64,000 nucleotides of DNA from Octopus sinensis. Lineage: Eukaryota. Below are positions 13,189 to 25,600 of this stretch, in pieces; within the stretch, counting starts at the first letter, position 1, and each line of letters begins with the position of its first letter. The position numbers were made by a program, and so were the translations under genes. The DNA lies in contig NC_042999.1 of the NCBI RefSeq assembly GCF_006345805.1, positions 22,134,001 through 22,198,000 on the forward strand, given 5' to 3'. The notes below the pieces were generated by a model that saw only the letters and a list, made by a program, of their open reading frames with translations, was not told the DNA's origin and ran no database searches.

Positions 13189-13883
13189 CATATATATACA
13201 CGCACATTTTATATATGTATACATATATACATATAGATACATATATGTATATGCATATATATATATACATACATGTATGCATATATAGACATACATATAT
13301 ATGTGTATATATATATATACATATATATATATACTTCTAATATAGGATAAAGTTTTTTCCCAAAAAAATTTCATCAAAGTGGCAGCATATTAAAATACCT
13401 TTAAAGGCGAAAATTATACACAATTTTAAATAAAGCCAAAAGAAAAAAAGATTTCTCTGCCAATATGCTGAGAATAGACTTTAAATCGTCAATCACCACA
13501 TTACAATATACATTCACTATGAATACACGTCGTGCTGAAATTGAGGAAGGCAAGCCAACAAAATTTATTTTTAAATTCGTTATCGCTATATTGAATCAAT
13601 TTTGGGATTAATCCCACGGATTATTCCCTCTTCAGTAGAGAATACGATAAGAAATAAATGAAATACTTACAAGCACCCATGGAAAAAGGCAGAAGGCAAG
13701 AGTCATGTCTACACATATGTACCCCAGTTATATCTAAATGTAAAATCCTTTAGCAAGCCTCAGCACACGTGTGACTGGCCACGAACCGTAATTTTTAGTT
13801 GTCACTAGTCCCGAAGTGAAAGGTAATAAATTTACTTCTAATTTTATCCTGTATTAGAGGATAAAGATTGTGTGGTGTGCGTC

Positions 13884-13921
<38 letters not shown>

Positions 13922-14084
13922 TTGTGTGTGTGTGTGTGTGTGTGCGAGCGCTCATAATTAATTCAAATCGTATGAAACAATGTTGCATAAAATATATTTT
14001 TGCAAAATTATATTTAACACGTTCAAATACAGGAAGACACCGGAAAGCGTTTCACTGTGGAAATAAAAGATATATATATATATA

Positions 14085-14490
14085 GGCGTAGGAGCGGCTG
14101 TGTGGTAATTAGCTTACTTACGAACTGCATGGTTCCCGGTTCAGTCACAATGCGTGGCACATTGGCCAAGTGTCTTTTGCTATAGCCTTGGGCCGACCAA
14201 AGCCTTATGAGTGGATTTGGTAGACGGGAACTGAAAGAAGACCGTCGTATATATGTATACATATGTATGTGTGTGTGTGTATATGTTTGTGTCTGTGTTT
14301 TTCCCTCATCATCACTTGACGACCGATGCTGGTGTGTTTACGTCCCCGTAACTTAGCTGTTCGGCATAAGAGACCGGTAGAATAAGTACTAAGGTTACAA
14401 AGAATAAGTCCTGGTGTCGATTTGCTCGACTACAAGCGGTGCTCCAGCATGGCCACAGTCAAATAACTGAACCAAAAAAAAAACAAAAGA
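14085..14490 (+). mobile_element. SINE family A, full length
   Basis: A box TGGCTGTGTGG-like (CGGCTGTGTGG), B box GGTTCAGTC, internal (TG)n, 3' tail gcggtgctccagcatggccacagtc. Confidence 0.9.
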
Positions 14491-14493
14491 GAT

Positions 14494-14800
14494 ATACATT
14501 ATTTACATTATTTACATTCGACGGATATTTGTCCTGATCTTGTTAAGTTAAGTTAATTTTTTGGCTCAAAAAGCAAAAAGCAAGGCCATGTAGGGGGACA
14601 TGGAGTTATGTACAGGGAGGGTGTTCATGCAAAGAGTTCAGGCCATTTCTGGTCAAGAGAGACTTTGACCAGAAATGGCCTGAACTCTTTGCATGTATAC
14701 CCTCCCTTGTTTGTTGATAACACAACGCTTCGGCTGATATACCTTCCAGCCTTCTTCAGGTGTCTTGGGGAAATTTCGGACCTGGGTTCTCATTCTTAAA
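14494..14800 (-). mobile_element. Small HHR-bearing repeat with an inserted hairpin segment
   Basis: Contains the minus-strand HHR at 14719-14764. A segment at about 14545-14711 is bracketed by cttgtt (14539-14544 and 14706-14711). Confidence 0.5.
14719..14764 (-). ncRNA. Minimal type I hammerhead ribozyme, one core substitution
   Basis: Minus strand reads GACAC CUGAAGA A GGCUG(10-nt loop)CAGCC GAAG C GUU / GUGUU. It has 5-bp stems I and II, an extra A after A9, and G instead of A at position 15.1. Confidence 0.7.
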
Positions 14801-14824
14801 TATAGAACTATATATATAGAACTA

Positions 14825-14847
14825 TAGATAGATAGATAGATAGACAG

Positions 14848-14943
<96 letters not shown>

Positions 14944-14960
14944 AAGACAGATAGATAGAT
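14825..14960. repeat. (AGAT)n microsatellite
   Basis: Directly visible. Confidence 0.95.
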
Positions 14961-15492
14961 ATAATGTTTTGGGAATATATATATATCCTTATATTTATAG
15001 TTCATGGAATGTTTTGCAACGATTACTGGATTTGAAGTAGACAAAAGTAACCCTAATGTTGTAAGAATTTTATCTTTATTTGATTGTGACCTGAATGATA
15101 ACACACGAAATACTTGAACAAAACAAAAACACGGAAGAATTGTATGTATTGAAATGTATTGAAAAAGTTACATAGGTTTCTCTATTATTAATATCATAAT
15201 TTACCATTCTCAATTTATATTTAAGATAAGTATATTTTCTGCATTGAGAACAACAAAATAGATTAGCCTGTCCCTTTATTTACCTGTCTTTAGATATGAT
15301 ATTTCATACATACAAATACTCATGCATATATTTTGTGTGTGTGTGTGTGTTTGTGTTTGTATATATACGTATATAAAGAGAGACAGATAGGTACATTTAA
15401 ATTTATATAGACACATATACACATACATGGATACATACATACATATACATCTAGATACATATGTATGATATACATATGTCTGTTTGTGTATT

Positions 15493-15564
<72 letters not shown>

Positions 15565-15700
15565 TATATATATTATATATACATATGAGCATAGAGAAAA
15601 ACATCTATAGCATATGTCGCTATACAAATCCGTTCCAACAGAATTCTACACACACATAGATAGATAGATAGGTAGGTAGATAAATGTGTATTCATCATTT

Positions 15701-15749
<49 letters not shown>

Positions 15750-15877
15750 ATATATGTATGTATATATGCCCCAGCATGACCACAGCTCATGAGCTGAAAC
15801 TGGAAAAATCAAAATCAAAATCATATATATATATATATATATATTAGAGAGAGAAGCAACGGGAAAAAAATATAGAT

Positions 15878-15886
15878 TGATGATAG

Positions 15887-15925
<39 letters not shown>

Positions 15926-15966
15926 CGATGACGATGATGATGATGATGATGACGATGATGATGATG
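15878..15966. repeat. (ATG)n microsatellite
   Basis: Directly visible. Confidence 0.95.
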
Positions 15967-16436
15967 TCAATATATTTTATGCGTGATCGTGTATATGTTT
16001 GTGTGTATGTGTGCATGTGTGCTTATGGGTGCATGTGGAGATAGATGCGTCAGAGCCGTTGACAATCATTATTACGACAGCCATCAAAGTTATCTTCACG
16101 ATCACCAGTCTTTGTCAAGTATTACACACAAAAGAAATGAAAAAAAAACTATTTTGTTTTATTCGTTTTCTTTCCTTTTCCTTTTCTTCTTCGTCTGCTT
16201 TGTTCTTGCTTTCGCCTTTTTCTTTCGCCCGTTTCTCTTCTTGTTTTACGTTCATTTTCCTTTGCTTTGCGCGTGCTTAAATAATTGCAAAACTACAATT
16301 CCATGATATAATTATCAACATATTTGTTTTGTCAGAAAGCGTTATTTACTGCCATTTCTAGCTCTCTCTCTCCCTTTCTCCCTCTCTCTTTCTTCCTCAC
16401 TCTTTCCCCTCTCTCTGTCCCCTCTCTCTCTTTCGT

Positions 16437-16467
<31 letters not shown>

Positions 16468-16468
16468 T

Positions 16469-16510
<42 letters not shown>

Positions 16511-16741
16511 CTGTCGAGTCTCTATTTCTCTCAGTATGTACAATAAAAGATTATTCTTGTGACATGCTCACAAAAACACACACACACACCATATATATAT
16601 AAGGTATATATGTTTGTGTGTATATATATATAGTGTGTTGGTGTGTATATATATATTATATATATATATATATTGTATATATATATATCATATTTATATA
16701 TATATATATATGTATATATAATATTATATTATATATATATA

Positions 16742-16772
<31 letters not shown>

Positions 16773-17324
16773 GTATTATATATATATATATATATTTAAT
16801 ATATATACATAATGTATATATACACACACACATATATATCTCTCTACCTGTCGTGTCTCATTTTCTCTCCATACGTAATAATAAAGGTGTTATTCTTGTT
16901 GCTGTGCATGCTTGTAGCATAAATACTTTGATGATCCATCCAGCTGCTGAAAATAAATACAAACAAATCTATTTTTTACTTAATGAATACCTTAACAATC
17001 GCCAACCTATTTACACGCGTGTGAATGCGCATTTTTTGTTTTTAAGTGTATGATGTACTTTATGTGCAATGCATGAGCCTCGGTTGTGTGGGGGGTGGAT
17101 GGGTGTGCGTGTATGTGCGTGTGTGTGCGTGTGTGTTTTGATATGAAGAACCAATAGTTTTGTATTTTGGAAATGTATGTACTTTTATAAATTGATATGC
17201 ACATCAAACATATCACACGCACTTACATACTCTCTTAAACACACACGCACCTTTGAGTTGGGGGTCATCTTTACCTTGTTATCTCCCCTACTTTCCTTCC
17301 TGTGTTTGACCCTTCTGTCCGGCA

Positions 17325-17515
17325 CTAGTCGCCATGATAGATCGTTAGCCACTACACAAATTCTTTTCTCTCCTTATTTTTCTGTGTCCCTTTCTGTAGA
17401 AGAGCGTAGGCTCGAAACGTAAAAGGCTTTTCCTATTCCTGAGCGTTATACTAATACATCTTTTTGTTTTGTACACCACCTGTTTTCATCTTTTGTTTTT
17501 TTCGTAAACTCTCCC
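17325..17515 (+). mobile_element. Short (TA)n-associated repeat with non-canonical HHR-like motif (17389-17426)
   Basis: Near-identical to the reverse complement of 51580-51780. Motif CCUUU CUGUAGAA GAGC gtag GCUC GAAAC GUA / AAAGG. Confidence 0.6.
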
Positions 17516-17603
17516 TATATATATATATATATAATATATATATATCTATATATATATATATATATCTGTATATATTATATATATATATGTGTGTGTGTGT
17601 GTG

Positions 17604-17825
17604 TCTGTAAATGTAATGTGTAACAATTATTCGGTAACCATGATAAAACTCCGAGTTTTGGATGCCGAAGTGGAAATTCACGCCGCCATCTCTTCATTTT
17701 TTTTTTCCGGTGGTCGGATAACTGAAGAGATGGCGGCGTGGATTTCCACCTCGGCATCCAAAACTCGGAGTTTCGGATGTCGAATAATTGTCTACTGAAT
17801 AATTGTCACATTTTACATTTACAGA
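17604..17825. mobile_element. MITE-like foldback element
   Basis: Inner arms of about 51 bp (aaactccgag...ctcttca / tgaagag...ctcggagttt, 2 differences) plus outer arms tctgtaaatgtaa...aattattc / gaataatt...ttacatttacaga. Confidence 0.7.
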
Positions 17826-17958
17826 TAAATTCCTCTATTTACATAATATCGAGGTCTCTTTCATTCTCTTGTTGTCTTACCATTTTTATCAATATATATA
17901 TTTATACATATATATATACGTGTATGTTTTAAGAGCATGTATGTGTGTGCATGTGTGC

Positions 17959-18281
17959 GAAGGCGCGTGGCTAAGTAGTTATGGTATTAGCCTCACGATC
18001 GTAAGGTCGCGAGTTCAATTCTCGGTGACGTGTTGTTTCCTCGAACAAGCCAGTGTATTTCACGTTGCTGCAGTCCACTCAGCTGGCAAAACTGAGCGGT
18101 ACCTATATTTCAAAAAGTGTCAGCTTTGTCACATTCTGTGTCACGCTGAATTTCCTAGTAAACTACGTTAAGGTACGCGTATCTATGAACCGCTCAACCA
18201 CTTGCAAGTTAATTTCACAAAGAAGGTGTTCCGTTGATCGCATCAACTGCAACCCTCGTCGTCGTAACCGACGGTGTACCA
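17959..18281 (+). mobile_element. tRNA-derived SINE, head/body H2 plus tail T1
   Basis: A box TGGCTAAGTAG, B box GAGTTCAATTC, body cacgttgctgcagtccactcagctggcaaaa, tail as in 11932-12100. Confidence 0.8.
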
Positions 18282-18289
18282 CTTTATAT

Positions 18290-18396
18290 ATCGAAGCAAA
18301 AGACTGTGCAGCCTCTCGTCGAAAAGTTTTTGAGGAAAATATGTTCTTGAGGTGGTCATTAAGCCCTGCAGTCCGGATACTTATTAATCAGACCAC
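18290..18396 (+). mobile_element. Mariner 3' end remnant with TIR
   Basis: agtccggatacttattaatcagacc is the reverse complement of the TIR at 21753. The preceding KDCAASRRKVFEE loosely resembles the mariner C-terminal motif. Confidence 0.55.
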
Positions 18397-18560
18397 ATAT
18401 CTATCTAAATATATATATATGTAGGTCCCGGGTTGATTCGGGGTTAACCACAGTAAATAAGGTACTCAATACATAGCAGAGTAAAATTAATTTATTATAT
18501 AGAAGGAGCTTCTACAGGACTAGAACTGTTTCATTCAAGAGAAATCTTCAGGAAGCATAT

Positions 18561-18608
<48 letters not shown>

Positions 18609-18642
18609 CGTGTGTGTGTTTGTGTGCGTGTGTGTGTGTGTA

Positions 18643-18866
18643 AGCCATAGCGTGGCTATGTGGTAAGAGGCTTGCTTTCCAACCACATGGTTCCGGATGC
18701 AGCCCCACGACGGGCACCTTGGGCAAGTGTCTTCTACTATATTTCCAGGACTATTAAAACCTTGTGAGTGGATTTGGAAGACGGAAACGGAATATATATA
18801 AATATATATATATATAAATAAAGGCGGTGCTCCAGCATGGCCGCAGTCAAATGACTGAAACAAGTA

Positions 18867-18870
<4 letters not shown>
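18643..18870 (+). mobile_element. SINE family A, internally deleted
   Basis: Head plus 3' tail, middle replaced by (TA)n. Confidence 0.8.
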
Positions 18871-18910
<40 letters not shown>

Positions 18911-19033
18911 TATATATAGATTATATATATATATATATATATATATTTGTATATATAATATATTATATATATTATATATATAATATATATCTATATATTT
19001 TGTTATATATATATATAATATATATATATTTTA

Positions 19034-19074
<41 letters not shown>

Positions 19075-19115
19075 TAATATATATATATATATATATCTAT
19101 ATATTACAAATATAT

Positions 19116-19160
<45 letters not shown>

Positions 19161-19348
19161 CAATATATATATATATATATATATAGATATATGTTATATA
19201 TAATATATTTATATATATATAATATATTATCTATATATATATATATATATATATATAATGTTTGTATATATATATATATATTATATTATAATATGTTTGT
19301 AATATATATTATATAAGATATATATATATATATATTATCTTTATATAT
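18871..19348. repeat. Degenerate (TA)n tract
   Basis: Directly visible. Confidence 0.9.
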
Positions 19349-19404
19349 ATTTCCGTTTCCGTCTTCCAAATCCACTCACAAGGTTTTGATAGTCCTGGAA
19401 ATAT

Positions 19405-20318
19405 GAGCTGGACACAATATACAGGTGGGCTTAGGACAACAACATGCAGTTTAAATGCAGGTAAGTTCCAGGCCCTGCGCTACTGGCACACAAAGGTAAA
19501 TGACGTGAAGACTGATACACTGGCCCAGGAAGAATTGCAATCCCGAGTCAAAATCAGTGCGTGACCTGGGCATTGACATGAGCAATGATGCATCTTTCCA
19601 AATGCATATTGCTAATCTGGTGATAAAATGCAGACGGCTAGCTGGATGGATTCTCCGAACTTTCAGAACAAGAGAGAGGAGACACTGATGGTCCTATGGA
19701 AAACATTCGTCCTCAGCCGCTTGACTACTGCTCCCAACTTTGGTCACCACACAATATAAACAAACAGCAGAACTCGAAGCAACTCAGAGAAGCTACACAA
19801 AGAAAATCGTCTCAATGCAAAATGTCAGCTACTGGGAAAGACTGAAGGTATTAAACCTCTTCTCCCGGAGCGGAGGCGAGAGATATGCAGTGATATACAT
19901 CTGGAAAATCCTGGAGGGTCTTGTCCCAACTTTGGCATTCAAGTTACTCCAACCGCAGAACGGGCGCCGCTGCGTGGTGCCAAGGATTCCAACATCACCA
20001 TCAAAATACAGGTCCAGATACTGCAACAGCTTGGGTTTCAGAGGACCACAGCTCTTTAACAACCTCCCTAAATGCCTGAGAGACTTACATGTGTGGATGT
20101 GGGTTTCTTTAAAACTAAACTGGATCTCTTCTTGTTGGGAGTCCCAGATGAACCTACCTCACGACAGGAACACGGAGCGGGCAGCAGCATCGAACTCCCT
20201 TGTTGATCAGTGCCATGTATCAGAGGTGGATTCACAAACTAGTGTAGCTCATTCAGCGGTGGTGCCCCAGCATGGCCGCGGCCTTCAGGCTAAAACATTT
20301 TTAAGGATTTTAAGGATT
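19405..20318 (+). pseudogene. 5'-truncated CR1-group LINE 3' end
   Basis: ELEATQRSYTKKIVSMQNVSYWERLKVLNLFS...RYAVIYIWKILEGLVP...GPQLFNNLPKCLRDLH; 3' UTR ends ggtggtgccccagcatggccgcggccttcaggctaaaaca plus (ttttaagga)2. Confidence 0.9.
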
Positions 20319-20437
20319 TATATATATATATATATGTTTGTATATATATATATATATATATTATATATGATATATATATATATATATTATGTATATATAT
20401 ATATATAATATATAGATATGTATATATATATATTATG

Positions 20438-20469
<32 letters not shown>

Positions 20470-20655
20470 TATATGTATTTATTATAATATATATATATAT
20501 ATATATATTATAATATATGATATATATATGTATAATATATATATATATATATGTATATATATTATATATATATAATATATATTATATATGTGTATATATA
20601 TATATATATATTATAGATATATATATATGTTATATATATATATATATATATATTT
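20319..20655. repeat. Degenerate (TA)n tract
   Basis: Directly visible. Confidence 0.9.
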
Positions 20656-21164
20656 AAACGAATAGACATAGGCGAATATAAGCTAATACACATACCTTAA
20701 TACTAACCATAATATATACATGCATACATACATATATACATACAACAATTCCTACATCCATATATATAGACATTCATTCAAACACACAGAACATACCGAC
20801 CTTTCACTTCATTAATGAACCATTATCTATTGACAGCAGTTATTAATTTGTCATATTTCTTGCCATATAATGTTACATACATCCTTTATATACCTTTTAT
20901 TACAACAAAATTTAGCTTTAGGTAGAAGGGAAGGAAGATAAACAATATTCAACTACCTAGACACCATACAATTTCCAAAACCGGTTTGCTCTACCTACGA
21001 GCAGCGATAACATCAGCCGCGAAAAGAAAATTATGCAGGATATAATTACATGGGCATAGTATTTCTCAGAAAATCAACGTGTCTGGTCCTCTCTCTTTGT
21101 ATGAGCGTCAACGTGTGCCTTTTGTGTCTGGTATCCGTATATACATTCATGCGTAAATATACAT

Positions 21165-21169
21165 ACATT

Positions 21170-21226
<57 letters not shown>

Positions 21227-21372
21227 TATATAATATATATACATTCATATATATATATAAATATATATATATGTATATATGTATATTGTATATTAATATA
21301 TGTATAATATCTATATCTATATATATATGTGTGTGTGTATATATCTATATATATATGTAATATATATATATA

Positions 21373-21415
<43 letters not shown>

Positions 21416-21451
21416 ATATATATATATATGATATGTATATATATTATATAC

Positions 21452-21499
<48 letters not shown>

Positions 21500-21656
21500 C
21501 CTATATATGTATATATATATATACTATATATATATATATATATATATATTATATTATATTATATATATATATGCATATTATATGTGTATATATATATGTA
21601 TATGTATATATATGTATATATATATATGTATATATAATATATATATATATGTTATG

Positions 21657-21689
<33 letters not shown>

Positions 21690-21740
21690 ATATATACTAT
21701 ATATATATATACATGTATGTATATATATATATACTATGTA
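21165..21740. repeat. Degenerate (TA)n tract
   Basis: Directly visible. Confidence 0.9.
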
Positions 21741-21750
21741 TTTTAGATAG

Positions 21751-22415
21751 TATCCTGGTCTGATCAATAAGTATCCGGACTCCTGCCATAGTAACGAAGT
21801 TAAAGCACCCAGAGTAAAGCCGCTCGGTACAGACTGACATTGAACTCTGTTGTGCAGGCACACTGATCGTTAACGTTCTAGCTCTATTTGTCCTGTTTAC
21901 AACAGTTCTTGGAAGGAAGTTGTGTAGCGTGTTATCTTTACATTGACGATTGATAGAGAAAGTTGAGCAGAGAATCTGCATCATATTTTGCCAAGCACTT
22001 GGTGATATCTGCTCAGAGGCCTAAGCAAAGTTTTTAAAAATTTTTTCATCATTCACGACATCATCAAAGAGGTCTTATGCAATTGAAACCCGACGGTCAT
22101 TTTGGTCTGCTGAAAGTAGTTTTGACACAAAGTTGGCAGACTCGCGTTTCATACCCAAATCTTCAGTGATAATAGACTGGACTGGCCGTAACCAATCTGC
22201 ACTTCTTCTGATAACACCGATGGTAATAAGACAATTTTCCCTCACAAATGCACGCACACCTGCGAGGTTTTTCTCAGTTTTGCTGGTTCCAGGTTTCCCA
22301 GAACGTTCGTTAATATCGACATTTTTCAGCCATTTTGGAATACGTCAGGACCACTTGTACACTTGTGTGCGGTTCATATACTGCTCCTCTCCATATCCTT
22401 TTTTGCAACTTTGCA
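21751..22415 (-). mobile_element. Second copy of the mariner-derived double-5'-arm element (opposite orientation, truncated)
   Basis: TIR ggtctgatcaataagtatccggact. Short arm on + (EKVEQRICIIFCQALGDICSEA) fused to long arm on - (VRAFVRENCLITI...FVSKLLSADQNDRRVSIA). Confidence 0.8.
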
Positions 22416-22499
22416 GCTGCGACCAACACTATTCTTCACCAAAACATGTACACAAGAAGTACCTAAACATATTGAAAGGCGATGCTCCAGCATCGCCCC

Positions 22500-22564
22500 G
22501 GCTTCTGGCTGAAGCTCATAAAAGATAAAAGGTCTATACACACACAGATATACACTTATATACA

Positions 22565-22595
<31 letters not shown>

Positions 22596-22710
22596 GATGG
22601 GCTTTCTCCAGTTTCCTACTGAGGATATAGTAGAAGACACATGCACAATCTGCCACGCAGTGGGACTGAACTCGTAACCATGTGGTCAGGAACAAGCGTC
22701 TCAACACACA
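22500..22710 (-). mobile_element. SINE family A fragments
   Basis: Reverse-complement head (cacgcagtgggactgaac) and partial tail. Confidence 0.65.
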
Positions 22711-22904
22711 GCGACGTTTGTGTGTGTGTAGTTCAAATTTACAGAAAACAAAAGACCAAGACAGGTGAAGGAACAACAAGCAGGTGTAATAGGTTAACGC
22801 TCGGGAAGAATGGAAAGCTATTTGATGTTTCGAGCCTATGCTCTTTGATACAAAGGATCGCGATGCAAAAAAAAATATGTGTACATGTATTGTTTTACTC
22901 TTTT

Positions 22905-23190
22905 ACACTTTTACTCTTTTACTTGTTTCAGTTATTTGACTGTGGCCATGATGGAGCACCGCCTTTGGTCGAACAAATCGACCCCAGGACTTATACTTTG
23001 TAAGCCTAGTACTTATTCTATAGCTCTCTTTTGCCGAACCGCTAAGTTACAGGGACGTAAACACACTATCATCAGTTTCCGTCTACCAAATCCATTCACA
23101 AGGCTTTGGTAGACCCGAGGCTACAGTAGAAGACATTTGCCCAAAGTGCCACGGGTTCGTAAGCAAACTACTTACCACACAGCCACTCCT
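22905..23190 (-). mobile_element. SINE family A, internally deleted
   Basis: Reverse-complement tail and head. Confidence 0.8.
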
Positions 23191-25225
23191 ACTAAAGAAT
23201 ATTTATATTCCTTGCTGAAATTTCGATAGCGTTAAGAAAAAAAATCATTGGTTCAAATTTTGTCACAATGCCAGCAATTTCGGAGGAGGGGGTCTAATGA
23301 TTACCTCGACCCCAGTGCTTAACTGGTATTTACTTTATAGACCTCGGGAGGATGAAATGTAAAGTTGATTTCGGCGGAATTTGAGCTCAGAAGTTAAAGA
23401 TGAACAAAAATGTCCTTAAGCATTTCTTTCGACACGGAAAAATTTCTGATAGCCTGCATCCTTAAACGAACATTTCACTAATATTGTTTTTGTTCTTGTA
23501 GTGGTTGTTTGTGGTTTTACCCCAGGACTATGACCAAACCAGGCACGTGCCGTGAGTAATTACTCAGGGTAGGCAGTTGGTAACGTTTATGTAGTAAAAA
23601 ACATGAATACATAAGCGAAACAGGGGCGTGGCTGAGTAGGAGGAAGATTTACTTCTGCCTTTAAAACACGCAAAGAAAACGTTGTTGTAGGAGTATACGC
23701 AGCATGTGTACTACAGCAGTACTATCCGATCCGTAGCTTTAGTACTAAGATTGAAAAGCAGGGACGAATTATGCCTACCTAATCTACAAAAAATAAATAA
23801 AATATTTTGCATTTTATCCATAATAATCAGAGCAACCTTCATAATTTTATTGAATTAGGTGCATATTTTGCCATAAAAGGAAAATTTTACACTCGATCTA
23901 TTTTATTCAGGGTAGGCACTACCTACATTTCCTACATCGGTGACACGTCCCTGGACCAAGCGCTTTCTAGCCATAATTATCGCGTGGTATTAGACGCAGT
24001 GGTTGTCAGATTTTTAGATAGCCACAATACTCAGTTATAAAAGTGTTGTTGTAAACCAGTTTCTGAAGGTGGGGTACGACTTACTTCAGAATTGTTAAGT
24101 TAGTATTAAGTTTCTTAAACGTGCAATAAGTTTTAATTACAGCTTCTATTAAATATACATATAAATATAAAAGTGTTTATGTGTGTGTGTGTGTGTGTGT
24201 GTTTCTGTGTGCGTATTATCTTTTCACGATGTGGACGTCCGTTTTTTTTCAATTGATGTTTGGCGTGAGAGAAAATAGTTGCGAAACCCTACTTGATACT
24301 TGTGTAAAAATGCAATTAATGTCAACAGACTTAATGTCACTTGTCTCGAAGTGCACTTAAAGGTCGTGGCCACTGTCTCTTCTTCTTGACTCTACAAATA
24401 AATTTGGAATGCATTTATTACGTTAGAAAATTAAAAATGAAATGCAAGGAAAATAAGTAAGCATATGAACTCTTGACAGAATCGTATAGGACGTTCACAA
24501 GTTCACTGTCAAAATTCTGGTTCTAATTTAATAAATGAAATGATACTTAATGATTGCAGAGAAACAGTGAAAATCATAGCAATGTTTAAAATTTATAACT
24601 TACGCCTATCTAATTAGAAAAATAATTTTATAGTTAAAAAACAAAACGTTTCAACTTCAAATAATTCATGATATCTTGGGTATGAAATTATTCTCGGAAT
24701 AAGGTATTCAAATAATTCTTAAAACCACTTTAGCGTTCTGAAATTAATCATAAAATGACCATAAAATGCTTAAACCTAAAGTGAGTGCACAACCAACAAT
24801 TATAAATATGAATGTTTCGAGAGAAAGGAAAAGAAATTAAAGCCATCATCTAATTAATTCTAACGTAGTTTCATGTCTATTCTGGTAAACCGCTAGATTT
24901 TATTTCCTTAAACCACCAAATATAATTACATCAAATTTGGTTATCTTGCAAATAATTACGAATGTCGTTGAGTTGCTAACAGCATATGATTAATGAATAT
25001 TTATTTACACTCTAATGTATCCGCACTGTAGAATATAACGGCTATTTTAGTTATAATTTCAATTTCAAATGATTTGCATTCATGTACCTTGAAGGTTATT
25101 AAATGTTCAAATAGCCTTGTTAGTTTTCACAAAGTTTCAAAGTTATAATATACAATTTCTGGGACCAAATACAAACATTATAGTAACGATCGAATATTGA
25201 AATTGCTTAACTATCTTCTTCCTAT

Positions 25226-25600
25226 TATTACTTCCACATTAGCGAAGGTATTGTTTTCAGTAGTGCTTGTTTGTTTGTTTGTTTGTCCGCGAACAAGATA
25301 TCTCAAGAACCGCGGAATGGATTCAGATGAAACTTTCAGAAATGTTTGGTCTTGTGACTGGTACAAACTGATTAGATTTTGGGATCAATTCAGTTCCGGA
25401 CAAGGATTCTAGATTATTTTTCCAGTTTTTTTTTAACATAATTTTTGAGAGCAGTCGGGTTCATTTTTAGTATTCTCGTTTGTAAGAACAGTCGAATTTA
25501 TTTCAGACATTCTCATTTTAAAAATCACCTCCGGCTAATCGTTGAGAGGACGTTGGTGTTACCTTGGCGAAAGTTTGCGCTCTTTCAATGCTCTTGTCTG
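25226..25600 (+). mobile_element. Helentron-associated (HINE/DINE-1-like) non-autonomous element, decayed
   Basis: 5' end attacttcc...gaaggtattgttttc followed by (GTTT)n, and 3' end ccttggcgaaagtttgcgctct. This layout matches recalled HINE-like families; not verified by search. Confidence 0.45.

Noticed and set aside
17720-17775. CTGAAGA GATG...CATC CAAAAC as an HHR
   Set aside because: G12 absent, no stem I; explained by the MITE arm.
18507-18556. Minus-strand CTGAAGA...GAAAC as an HHR
   Set aside because: No consistent stem I/III register with a valid cleavage triplet; at most a decayed remnant.
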